Shown piece by piece: positions 1 to 12,300 of a stretch of DNA of 64,000 nt. Made by a program: the position numbers and the translations under genes. The notes below the pieces were generated by a model. That model searched no databases and was not told the origin of the DNA. It saw only the letters and a list, made by a program, of their open reading frames with translations. How positions within the stretch are numbered: the first letter of the stretch is position 1; the number at the start of each line of letters is the position of its first letter. The stretch comes from Lytechinus pictus (taxonomy: Eukaryota): contig NC_087246.1 in the NCBI RefSeq assembly GCF_037042905.1, positions 1,490,001 through 1,554,000 on the forward strand. Direction: 5' to 3'.

Positions 1-286
1 TAGATGACAGATTTCTCAATCATCCAGAGGATTTTTTTCAATAACTCCGGCCCAAGGTATGCAATTACTTAAGTTATTTATATTTCCCTGATAATGGAAA
101 CCATGAAACTTTCAATTTTGCTTAAAAAACAGTTTTAAATCGCGATCTATAAAACGCTAGTTCACTATACGTTGGCTGTAGGTACGGGGCCCCATCCCCT
201 TCAGTCTATGTATGGTGAGTGGAGCCAACGTAGTTCAGCGGAACAACCAAAATACAGAGACTGAAGCTTTTGGTCTAGCGCCCAAG

Positions 287-735
287 TAGACCAAAAGCTT
301 CGGTCTCTGTTATGTTGGTTGTTCAGCTGAACTCCGTTGGCTTCACTCACCAAATACAGAGACCGAAGTTCTAGCGCGATCTGTACAGGGGACTCAATGG
401 CCATATGTTTATGTACTTAAGATCGGATAAAACGGGGAAGTGAATTTGCGCGACAGCCGAGGTAAGTCACTGTTTTTGTTCTTTTTAACTTGATTTTTCT
501 CCGTTTTTTGGCAATTAATGCCAAGAGGGAATATTAATTTGCATTTTGGTCGGGTTAATTTTCAAATTTTTTATTCATTAAAGACAAAAATTGAAGAGCC
601 CCGATGGGGGGATTTTGCATTGCAAGTCCCCTAATGGTGGCTGCACGCTAGCGAGCCGTCTGTGTATGAGGAGAAATTTAAAAAAAAAAAAAAAAGTTAA
701 AAAACTCCTCGAAACAGACGGCTGCCAGCTGTCTA
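287..735. mobile_element. Non-autonomous DNA transposon with TAGAC..GTCTA ends and 9-bp TSD (AcademH-like)
   Basis: GCGCCCAAG at 278-286 and 736-744. The end of another copy (about 199-277) abuts it tail-to-tail, forming a long inverted repeat. Confidence 0.65.
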
Positions 736-1169
736 GCGCCCAAGTTACTTTGAAGAAAAAATCAAGTAAACTTAAAAGAGGGTAGGGGCTATTTTATCTC
801 CGCAACGTTGATTTCGTCAATATTTCTAGGTGAATTAACTCCAAATGTTGGCATGAAAATTAAAAATGATAAATTCACTGAGAACAACACCTTAATTATT
901 CCTGTATAGTGAGTGATTGTATTACCGACCGGCCTTGTATTACCGAACGCGCGCATCATAGGCATCAGAAAATAATTTCATACGCTCATAATTTTGCAAC
1001 ATCCTTCCACAGAGAACTTGAATAGAAAGATGATGAAAAATAGTAAAAAACACATTTTCAAAGTCTTAATATTCTAAAAATAATAAAATATGGTCAAAAT
1101 AGCTCATCAGTGATTTTGTTGTTTTCTCAACTTTTCCCATAAAAACCACACGTTCGGTAATACGATACC

Positions 1170-3254
1170 CAGGGCTCGACACTAGCGGCGGTCCGACGGT
1201 CCCAGACCGGTAAAAATCGCTGTCGGGCCAGTAGATTTTCAGAAATAGGAAGATTTACTGGTCCAACATGACCAGTAAAAAATATCATTGTCGGGCCAGT
1301 AATTTTTCCAAAAATAGCAAGATTTTAAGGGTCCAAAATGACCAGTAATAAAAACCATTGTTGGGCCAATAACTTTTCCAGAAATGGTCAAATTCACTGC
1401 AAACCATTTCCCCCCGATAAATTCTGTCATTCACACACAGAATACACACAGAATGAATTGCACGTAAGTGTTACTAGAGTAGATACAGTGTACATGTAGC
1501 CAGCCACACAACCCACGTGGTAAATTCTCTACTGGCTGCGCGAACGAAACTTGGCTGAACTCTGGCAGAAATCTCTCACAGAACTGTCAAAATTCACGGT
1601 TCATACTCGTGAAAGGCTCTTATAATGTCCATATTTCCTAAAAATTGGAGTAACTCTGTCATTTGTAAGCAGTAAAAGGAGAAATTTTCACTTCTGTTTG
1701 GTTCAAACAGATCGGGTTTCGGGTGATATCGTCTGAATACATATTAGCCCCACATATGCATTTATGTGTGTGTTGATACACTTGGTTTCTGACTTTCTTT
1801 CGTAGCTATTTTAATTGAGCCAAAAAGATACTGATAAATTATTTATGATGATAGTTTTAGCTTTATTCCTCTGTTTTCTTCCTATCTTTCTTTCCTTCTT
1901 TCTTTTCAATCTTTCTTTGTTTCTTCCCTCTCTTCTTTCACTTTTTTGTTACTGTCTTTCTTTTTTATTTTCCCTTTTTTTCTTTGATTCGTTCGATCTT
2001 TCATTCTTTCTATCCGTATAAAAAATATTTTTCTCTATTTCTTTTTTTTCTCTCTCTCTCTTTATTTCTTTCTTTCTTTCTTTCTTTCTTTCTATCTTCC
2101 TTCCTAGTTCCTTCCTTCCTTTCTTCCTTCCTTCCTTTCTTTTTTTTTTGATATTTTTCTTTAATTCTTGAGTCGATCCATCCTATATTCATCTCTTCTC
2201 TTCTTCCTTTCTTTCCTTCCTTCTTTTTACCCTTTTCTTTCCTTCATTCTTCGTTACTTTCTTTGTTTCTTTCTTCCTTCCCATCATTTATTTACCCTTT
2301 CTTTTTTTTTTCTTTTTTCTTCCTTCTTTCAGCCCTCTCTTTCATTCATTCCTTCCTTTCTTCTATCTGTCTTGTTCTTTCCTTTTCCCTTTGTTAAATC
2401 TATCCTTTTACCTTTCCTTTTTTTTTTTGACTGCTTGCTTCCTTTCTCTCCTTTATTCTTTCATTCATTCCTTTCTTTGTCTCTCAGTCTTTCTTTTTTT
2501 CTTCCTTTCATCTATTCTTTTACTTTTTCTTTTTATATTGCTTGCTTCTTTCCTTCCTTCCCTTCCTTTATTTATTTCTTTCCTTCTATCTATCATTTTA
2601 CCTTTCCTTTATTTCTTCCTTGATTCCTTTCTTCCAATCCTTCCTCTCTTTCTTTCTTTCTTTCTTTCTTCTTGTCCTTTCCATCTCTCCTTTTACCCTT
2701 TCTTTTGTATTGCTTCTTCTTTCTTTCCTTTACTACTTTCTGGATTTGTTCTTTCTTTCTGTATTGCTTGCTTCATTTCTTTCCTTCATTTCTTTTTTCT
2801 TTTCTTTCTTTCTTATTTTTGTTCCTTCTTTATTCCTTCCTTCCTTTCCTTCTTTAGTTCTTTCTTTTTTTCCTTCCTTCACATCTATCCTTTCTTAACC
2901 TTTTCGTTTTTTCTTCCTTCCTTCCTTCCTTTCTTTCTTTCTTTTCCTTCCTTCCTTTCCTTCCTTCCTTTCTTTTATTCTTTCTTTCTTTCCTTTTTTT
3001 CTTTCTTTCTTTCTTTCCTTGTTCGTTTCTGTCTTGCTTTCTTTTTGTCCTTCATTCCTTCTTTTTATTTGGGGGGGGGGGGGTAACGAAAGGCTAGAAA
3101 AATAAACTTGCGGCTTTTTTAAAAATGTTTTCTTTATTTTTTTGGACCAGTAGATTTTAGGTTCGGACCAGTAAAAATTGGAAAAACTGGGTATCTACTG
3201 GTCCGACATGAATAGGTTGGACCAGTAGAAAAAATGGGTTAGTGTGGAGCCCTG
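1170..3254. mobile_element. hAT-like MITE containing a polypyrimidine expansion
   Basis: TIRs CAGGGCTCGACACTA / TAGTGTGGAGCCCTG with subterminal (G)ACCAGTA repeats. The TSD is imperfect. Confidence 0.6.
1860..3070. repeat. Low-complexity polypyrimidine (CTTT/CCTT) tract
   Basis: About 1.2 kb of almost only C/T; source of the spurious F/L/S-rich ORFs. Confidence 0.95.
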
Positions 3255-3736
3255 CCGGATACCTTTTTCAAGTGACCAAAATATTTCACATGCGAAGAGG
3301 GGTCCGATTGGAAGCTAATATCTAAAAAGGAAAAACAATTTCGGCAAAATTTTTACATATTTATATTTTGTAGGTAATTGTGTATTTATGGTGAAAGTTT
3401 AGTGAATTTTATGAGAATAATGTGTTTCGGTAATACGATCCACTACCATACAATCAGGAAGCATTTCATAAGACTTTTCTTGTCTTTGAACTGATGCTTG
3501 AAAAGATGCGATATAGACCTCGAAAAAAAGATGAGAGTATTGCCATTTTTGTTAAAAAGAAATCTCTGTAAAGACGCGCAAGCGTATAGTGCAAGCGTAT
3601 TGAAGTCAATAAATTGACGCAATCTCACTCCTTCACCACACCTAGCGGAATGGATTTCCATTGGTTGAGTGATATGAGAGAGCTATAAAAGCGTGTTCCT
3701 AATTGGATATTGATTAAAAAATAGGTGTGTCTTACA

Positions 3737-3842
3737 TAGACAGGAATAACCGTCGTTTCTGGGGATTTATTATGTATGGGTGAGTGGAGCCAACACAGTT
3801 CAGCAGATCAACCAAAATACAGAGACTGAAGCTTTTGGTCTA
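3737..3842. mobile_element. 106-bp copy of the same TAGAC..GTCTA family, opposite orientation
   Basis: TSD TGTCTTACA at 3728-3736 and 3843-3851. Its two ends resemble the two different ends of 287-735. Confidence 0.7.
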
Positions 3843-4543
3843 TGTCTTACAGAGATAAAATGAAGTTAAAATTGTTCTCAGAATACCAATTCAGAGAGAT
3901 TTTAAGGGTATTTTATCTCACTGATTTTAATGGAGATAAAATATTTTATTTTATCTGAGATAAAATGGATCTCAGAACTCCACCCCAGGTTTTAGGTCCA
4001 GATGCCGCAGTTAGCAATGCAGCTGCAGTGTGAATTGATAAGGGACCCAAAGGTACGCACTTTGTTTACAAACGATAAAAACAACGGCATGTTTGATATT
4101 TGAACAGATTGTCTTTTTCTAATTTGTGGTAAATATTCTGAAGATCATGATATACCAATAACTGAATGAGAAAATATCACAAAAAAGAATGCAAAATCAC
4201 TAACGACAATGTGGCTCAAGCGATGTTCAGCGGGCTCCACTTCACTACCGCTACACTACGCTCCACCTACCCGAAAATCGAGCCCCGAAACTCGCTCTAA
4301 TGCTCCGAGTGGCAAAGGTGGGGAAAAATGCATATTTATTGTAAAAATCCTAGGCCTACACCGAAACTAGCTTAACAAAATAAGAAGCTTAATTTCTTAC
4401 TTTTCATCCTAATTTCACTCTATATCCATCCTCCGGTTAGCCTAAAAATTGGTGATTTAGAGCCAACATACGACTATACTGTGTAAAGAGGACTGTACTC
4501 AACGGAAGAAGAAGAAGACAACATCGTGTTCCTCACACGTATT

Positions 4544-4633
4544 TAATTCGCTGCCGATTTCAAAACATTGCATGCGCGAGGGTCTGAGCTCAGACCCTCA
4601 CGCATGCGATGTTTTGAAATCGGCAGCGAATTA
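4544..4633. repeat. 90-bp near-perfect palindrome centred on GAGCTC (foldback)
   Basis: taattcgctgccgatttcaaaacattgcatgcgcgagggtctgag|ctcagaccctcacgcatgcgatgttttgaaatcggcagcgaatta, 2 mismatches. Imperfect arms extend to about 4519-4660. Confidence 0.9.
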
Positions 4634-5675
4634 TTTATAATTGTGAGGAAATCGATGTTGGGTTTAAATCTGTATTTCCCTGGGAAATCCACCACAATAA
4701 TTTTTCTGAAAACATGTACATGTAGATATAATTTTATTAATCTTTAGATAGATCTAAACCTTTATTCTAACATGAGCATAGGCCTAAAAGCTTGAAAACA
4801 TGAATCGTATTCAGGCCCCCTGGGCCTTTTAGGGTTAAAACAGAAAGTACTCACACAAATAGCTGACTTGAGCTGATATGTGATTGGACATTCGATGGCC
4901 AATGAAACTTTTGGGAGACAAACCAGAAGCCATGTGCGTTCCCATTATTGAAAGGTAATGGGAAAGGTCGTGACTTCAGAAACAAATTGACCCCTCCCTA
5001 TCTCTGTGTGTGGGTGTGTGTGTGTGTGTGAGAGGGAGAGAGAGAAAGATAGCGGTGGGAATTATAATTCCTTTCATGTTTCAAAACAATGCAATCTCCA
5101 TTAGCCCCGGCCCCTCCCCCACTCACACTATCAAAATAACATTCCAACACGCACCATTACATAATTCCAGTTGTCGACTAGTTTCCCAAAATACACCCAG
5201 TTATAGATTCAAATGATAAAAAATTGTAATTTCGAGAGGTATTAAATGAAAAATATTTTTAACATCGTAAGCAGTGCCACAGGTGGGGGTTGGGGCATGG
5301 TGTGGGCAATGGATGAAATTTTTCAATAAGTAAAAGGCACCACATGCATGTCTCAAAGAATACTTCATTAATGAGTTGTTTACAGAGACGTAAATTGGAC
5401 CCAAGACTGTAGGCTGAATCATTCATATGCAGGGGTGTTGCACTTGGAGGGATATATAATATGAGCATTGATTTAGGAAAGAATTTTCATTGGAACAATA
5501 AAGTGAAAGTTAATATTTCATACAGTTTCTTTTGAAATAGGAATCAAAGAGAGGGGGAACAAAAGGCTTTCATTTATGAGGAACAGACAATACTTTGGGA
5601 GGTCTTCATTTGTAGGTAAACTATTAGAAGACGTGATTCCCGACAAACAATAGATGATTCGATTGTTTTTTTCAG

Positions 5676-5734
5676 GAAATAATCAAATGGTAAAATTGAC
5701 ATTCGTCCCCGGCCTAGAAATCAAGCAGACAAAG
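5676..5734 (+). other. TBCCD1: Probable 5'UTR exon of TBCCD1 (contains a uORF ATG at 5687)
   Basis: Acceptor tttttttcag|GAAAT at 5675/5676 and donor AAAG|gtaaga at 5734/5735. Would splice to the acceptor ttttttttag|GAAAC at 6322/6323. Confidence 0.5.
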
Positions 5735-6373
5735 GTAAGATAATTATATCAGATTATATCAAAGGTTAGAATGCCATAAATTTGATTGGTATCAGTTACT
5801 TATAAGTATGGAGACCTCTGCCTGCTTGCAAACTGGCGAGTTTTTGATGGATGTTGAGAAGTTTGGATTTTTTCGGAGCGGACGCAAAAATTTGCTGATG
5901 TTTTGCCCGGATGTTTTGCCAATAATTTCACAAATTGAGACCTTCCCTTCAAGAAAATTACTATACTGAGTAATTTTGTGTCACCTTTTCTGTTGGTGAT
6001 ATTAGTTTTTCAAGATATTGATTTGATATTGAGATATTCGACGGTTCACAAAATTAGGTAAGGTACAAGGTGACTGTATCCCCTACATGTTCTATATAAA
6101 TTATAGTCTCCCTTTATCACACTGTTTCTGTTTGTGGTAACTCCCGTAGGAACTCGGCAGGACAGCATTTTGCTAGTAAACGCCAAGCTGGTATATAACC
6201 AATTACCTATGAAACATTTTACGTCTAGGTTAATCAGTCATAGTGGCTGACGTTATTGACGACAGATATTACTCTAAAGGTTTGCTACTAACTGTTTCAA
6301 ATGTTTTTTTTGTTTTTTTTAGGAAACAAAGGAAGATAATCAAGTCAATGTTAGAGGGAAGTAGACTGCTACA

Positions 6374-9300
6374 ATGTCAGAAGCATCTGTCAGCCTGTGG
6401 TTAAAGTATGATACATTCAACATAGGCATTTTGCCTGTATCTCCTCACCCTAAACTCAGCCTTCATGTAAGTAAATTAGAGAATGATCATTTGATGCTTG
6501 TATTTCTGTAAATATATAAGGTATTCATTAAGACTAAAGCATAGCAAACTTCTGATAACCCGGGATATCCTTTTCATTATCAAAGACTTTATTTGGAATT
6601 TAACTTTTATTTTAATATTATGATGGTGTGTAGCATTTGTGCTGGACTAGTGCAGTTAATTAATGCAGTTTTGGAACACTTTAAATCAGGGTCACTCTGT
6701 AAGAGCTTTGTAACTTCCATTTTAATAAGAGAACAGAAAGATTTCTAAGGTTAGTCTTGTGTTTGTCTATTTATATTTCTACCAAATGTAGGCCTACATG
6801 TATATGTTTCTCTTGGTTCTAATCCTCCTTTTGGCATGTTATAACTTGGTGTGATTTCTTCAACATCCCGCTTACCTCTTATACACAGTATCTCAAGAAG
6901 ATAGCACTGTATGCTAAAAATAAAGGAAAGACTGGCTACCCAAGACTAGCTTATTCAACATGGAAGCACATTGCTTGCAACAAACTAGGAATGTTAGAGG
7001 ATCTAGCATGGATGTAAGTCAATCATTTTCAATCAAACTTTTTATACAGCTGTCCTAGACGTACGTAAGTGTATTATGGTATCACGCTTTGTGTCCGTCT
7101 GTCTGTCTGTCCATTAACTTTTCCTTGTAAACACGATAACTTTAGTTTAACGTAACCTAGGCCCATATAATTTGGCATGTATGATACGAGCATGGATCCC
7201 AGGAAGCCTTTTAGATATTGAGGTCAAAAGGTCAAAGGTCAAGGTCACAGTGACATGTTTTCATCTTATACTTCTGAAGTCCTTCTTAACACGATAACTT
7301 CAGTTTAACTTAACCTAGGCTCATATTATTTGGTGTGTATGATACTAGCATGGATCCCAGGAAGCCTATTTATTTTGAGGTCAAAGGTCAAGGTCACAGT
7401 GACATGTTTTCATCTTACCCTTCTGAAGTCCTTGTTAACGCAATAACTTCAGTTTAACTTAACCTAGGCTAATATAATTTGGTGTGTATGATAGTTTGTA
7501 TTTGTTATCAGCCATTAGTGTACTATTGTTTGGGGAACATTTCAACAATTTATGTGGTGTGTAATTATATATTCAAATTGTATGTATGACTTGGTGAGTC
7601 TCATATTTTCTGTTGCATTTCCTTACAATTTAATATTTTCAAAATATTAAATAAATTCATATTTTTATGTTACTTTTTGTTTGTATGCATTTTTTAAATG
7701 AATTTGCAAAATCAATTTAAAGTGATTGAATAAAGTAAGATAAAGAGAGGGTGCCGAATGAAACAAGAACACCCTTTATTCATTATATTTGTTGGAATGA
7801 TAACAGACATTAATTTGAAGACTTCCCATGGAATGTAATGTTGTTTTTAATAACGAGAGGGTAGAACTATTTGCTACATAATTACATACAGTTAATGTAT
7901 ATTGATATGCAAAAACGACATGTATTTTGTTTTTAATTAAAACAATGTTTAGAATCCATGGATATAGTATTCTTGAATTGTATTTTTAGGTACTTTGAAG
8001 GCTTTGATATGCTGTGTGATTACAGCCCAGAAGAGAGACTACAACAAAGGCAAGATGCAGTTCACCATACCAAAAATATAGGTGAGTAATGCTCCTCTGT
8101 TTAATCATGTAAATAGCTTGTTGATTTGTTTGATTTCTATTGTGATATACATCGATCAACGAACATTGCTGGCATTGCACGGGTGCAGCCATCATTGTTA
8201 TGCATGTTTGTGACTCTACCAAATTCAGTAATTCATATGTGCCACAAAGGAAATTAATGTGTAGCAATAAACTGATTGCTCAAAGAAAAAAGTATTATTA
8301 TTATCACAGCTCTGTGGTTATTAACTAAGTTTGTGATAATTCATCTCTCCCATTATAGATGTTTGGAGGAATGGTCAAAGCATTGATACACTGCAGTTCC
8401 TCCTGTATCTGTATCTCCAACAGCTTCACAAGATATCACTGAGATCATCGTTAGTGTCTGGTGAAGAGTATCCTTTAGCAATAAGCTTTAGTTTTGAGTG
8501 TGAATGACCTTTTAACTGATCTAGCGTCTAATGCAGAAATTCCTGCATTTAAGTGCTAATCAAAATAGAAATGAAATGCAAGTCCAAAACAAATGCTACT
8601 GGTTGATTGAAAACTCATTTTGAGATATTCATTCTTGATTATTACAGGATTTACAGTTCTTTGTGAGTTGGGACGTTTGATCAGTTTCATTCATTTTTAT
8701 ACTGCAAAATCAAATTTGGAATCATTTTTAACTAATAGTAGAGTTCAATCACCGAGCTAATTAATATATGCATGTATATTAAACAACATCCCTGTGTATT
8801 AAATACTACATAAAAGAGCAATATTATAGAACAAAACTGGTAATTGGCCCTTAACACATGAATCAAAAGATGGCCATCTCGATCACGATCACCTGACATT
8901 GATGGTAGGACTTCACCAGGACCTTCCTCTACCAAGGTGAGTCAACTAACGATTTCACTTCATTGTTCAGGCATAATGAAATTTTCATAGCTCTGTAGCT
9001 AATCATCGGATGGCTGTTAAACGCTTTTATATCTTTCAATTAAACAGTTATGGGAGCAGCTCAGAAAAAGCTTTATATTAGATTAATGACGTAAGTGGCA
9101 ATCTTCAGAGTTCCCTACAGGAACTTCAAGACTGTCTTCATACAATATAAAGTTGCCAACATTGCCATAATTCTACGATACAGCTTTTTCTGAGCCCTCC
9201 TCGTGTTTGTTTGAGAGACACTGTACAAAGTTTCTACAGCCCACTGACATGATATGTTGGCATTGATTTCATATAATTTAGCCTATTCCCATTTCTATTT

Positions 9301-12300
9301 CGGGTACACCTAAAGCATCAGAGTTCAGATGGGTATGGCCCCCTACAAATATGCCAGTGGTTGTTACATTCTAAAAATAAAAAGAGAATCCTACAAAATA
9401 TGATAACATCTACTGGAGTGTTCACATGTATGCCAAATGATACTGTTAGAAAATGTGTAATTGCTGAGGAACCTTGTAAACAAGCTAGTTGTCTGATCCT
9501 TTTCCTAAGGCTAATACACAGTCTCCACATGTGCTCATCTGTGTTGGAGATCTACAGTCTGCTCAATTTTCAACTTTCTAATGAAATATTCTATTGCTGC
9601 TATTACTTGAATGTAGCTTTAACTATTTTGTTTTCCTTGAATATTGGATAAAAAGTGTTTGTCTTTCTTGATAGAGTGTTGATGAGAGCAACCAGCTGGT
9701 ATTTGTATTGAATCATCTCAGTGATATCTTGGGACTCTTAGCTGAAGCAGACTCCTACTCAAGTACAGCCAATGATGTTCTTCTCTCTGTTCAATCTGTA
9801 GAGGCTCTAGGATTTCTCTTTGAAGGTTCTGTCAGCAAACACAAGTCAGTGGTGCTTTTTATACCTTTCGACCATGATTCTACTTTTTTATTAGTTCTTG
9901 AATTGAAGCTCTTGAATTGAATTCAGATATAATTAATTTTTTGGCTTTATAATATGTTACTCAATTCAAAGTTGTTTGTTTCATTCCCTTCTCATCATAT
10001 TATCATACATGTATGTTGATAAAATGTGTGACAATTTCCCTTTTATGCCAATCACACAATCTTACAAAGAAGAATTACGAAATCAACAGTAATGAATCCA
10101 TATCTTTCATTGTTAAATGCATTGGGAGATACAGGGCCTGGTTGCATTGATTATATTGATATGGTAAATTACCATAAATTACCAATGTGCAACAATCAAT
10201 CAAAAAATAGATTGCATGAATACTATTAGTAAGTTTTATTACAACAGGGTCCAAATACATAGACATAAGTAATGAATAGAAAAATACTTTACTGGTTTTC
10301 CTACAAGATGAGTATCACCATATCATGTCTTCCTCTGTTTGTAACTTTACAGAAATGTTCAGCTTGTTCATCAAATTGCATTGCACCAGCAAATACAGGC
10401 TAAAAGTGGATATTCTAAGGTGAGACCTCACTTATCTTGTTATAAATATGTTATATTTATCCATTGCCTGAATTATTTAATTCGCAGATAAGACCTCTCC
10501 CCCTCACTTGTCACTAACATTTAGGGACAGTGATTTTCCGCGATCGCGGAAAACGGACGGAATTCACGGAAAGGGCCTTTTGAAACGGAAAATGGCATTT
10601 CAAACGGAAAATCATGGAAAACGTATTTTCCCTCAAAATACACAGAATAGCAACAGAAATTACTCCAAAATCACAACAAAATGAGAATATTAAATGGCCA
10701 AAAAAAACCCAGAAAACACGATCTCACTTCGCTACTATCATGACAATTCACACATCGTGACTGCACTCGACATCAGCACACTCGATTGTACCCCGCACCG
10801 TACCCGTACCCGGCCGGCCGGGTTGGGCTTCACATGCACACATGTATCGTTCAACTACATGTACGTACACAGTTGTGTGTTGCTGCCCTCTACGTTTGAA
10901 GATGTAACAGCACGATATCGTGGTCTTAAAATCCAAGATGGCAGATTGGGAAAAGACGTTGACTGATGATAACGATGTCCAAAAACCCCCAAAATTATCG
11001 ATGAAATATCATTTCACCGTGAAATAATGCTAATAATATGAAAGGTGAGGATGTATGCATGCAAAATGGGTGTGTTAGAATATTTCATTCACCCGCATAG
11101 ATCCGATTAGAACGGATTTTATTGTGTTGTTGGTACAGTAGCAGATACAAATTTTGACCAGTGCGAGTGTGCATGTAAATGTGTAAACGGAATTGTCACT
11201 TTTCCGTGTGTACAAAGTCTATGGGGAAACGGAATTTCCGTTTTCTGACATGCTGAAACGGAATTTGAGATTTTCTGAAACGGAAAAGGCAATTTTTTGA
11301 AACGGAAAATCACTGTCCCTAAACATTGCCCATTGGATCTGCATCGAAGCATGGTATTGAATTAATTTCTGAAGTGTGAATATGTTTTGTCTTACAAAGT
11401 TAGAGGAAACAGTATAAAAGAACTACTAGATATTTAAACATCATAAGATAATGTGCAATTCTGTATTGAGATAGATTAGTACTATGAGAACAAGTATCTT
11501 ACATTGCATATCTTTGTATCTGAAGATTTTCCTTGATTTTCGTTCCAGATCACTCAAGCCTTTTCTTTCAAGACATTTGAATCTTGGTTGAGGAGTAGTC
11601 TTAGTAACAGCCCTTTTGGTGTCACAGGCTGTATATCAAGTGGACATAGACTACAATGGTCATCAGGTATATAAATTAAGGTTGTTTGTAGGGGCAGGGT
11701 TAGGGGATAAAGATAATGGATCACCGCAACTTATTTGTGTATAAATGGGGTTCAGAAGTAAATACAAATTTTAAAAAAATCACTACATTAAATGGTAGAA
11801 ATTGTTTTATTTCATGCAGTGAGAAAGCAGCATATTTAACAATAAAACGTTCATGGTTACCACCGTATTGGATAAGATGATAATGAGAGTGCTGATGATT
11901 ATAGTGACGACAATGGCATCGCAGATCATGACGATAGCGATGAAAATAATGATGTTGGTGATTATGAGGAAGATGGTGATGATGATGGTGGTGGTGACGA
12001 GGATGATGGTGATGATGATGGTGATGATGATGATGATGAAGGTGATGATGAAGGTGATGAAAATAATGATAATGGTGATGATGAGGATGATGGTAATGGT
12101 GATGATAATGGTGGTGATGATGATGATTATGATGCTGATGATGGTGGTGATGATGATGGTAATGATGGTAGTGGTGACGATGATGGTGATGGTAATGATG
12201 ATGGTTATGACAATGATGATAAAGGTGAATTATATGATGATGACTATGATGATAATCCTTTGATATGTTTTATGTTCATTGTAATAGGTGAAGATGGAGC

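Larger units (their letters stand above)
911..3445. mobile_element. Old TIR element (ends ..GAT(C/T)GTATTACCGA) interrupted by a hAT-like MITE
   Basis: gagtgattgtattaccga at about 911 vs tcggtaatacgatccacta at 3427-3445, plus internal repeats of the cggtaatacga motif. Boundaries approximate. Confidence 0.45.

Noticed and set aside
1815..3086. F/L/S-rich ORFs up to 231 aa resembling membrane proteins
   Set aside because: Artefacts of a stop-poor polypyrimidine tract inside a MITE.
11853..12263. 136-aa Met/Val-rich ORF
   Set aside because: Translation of an intronic (GAT)n microsatellite.
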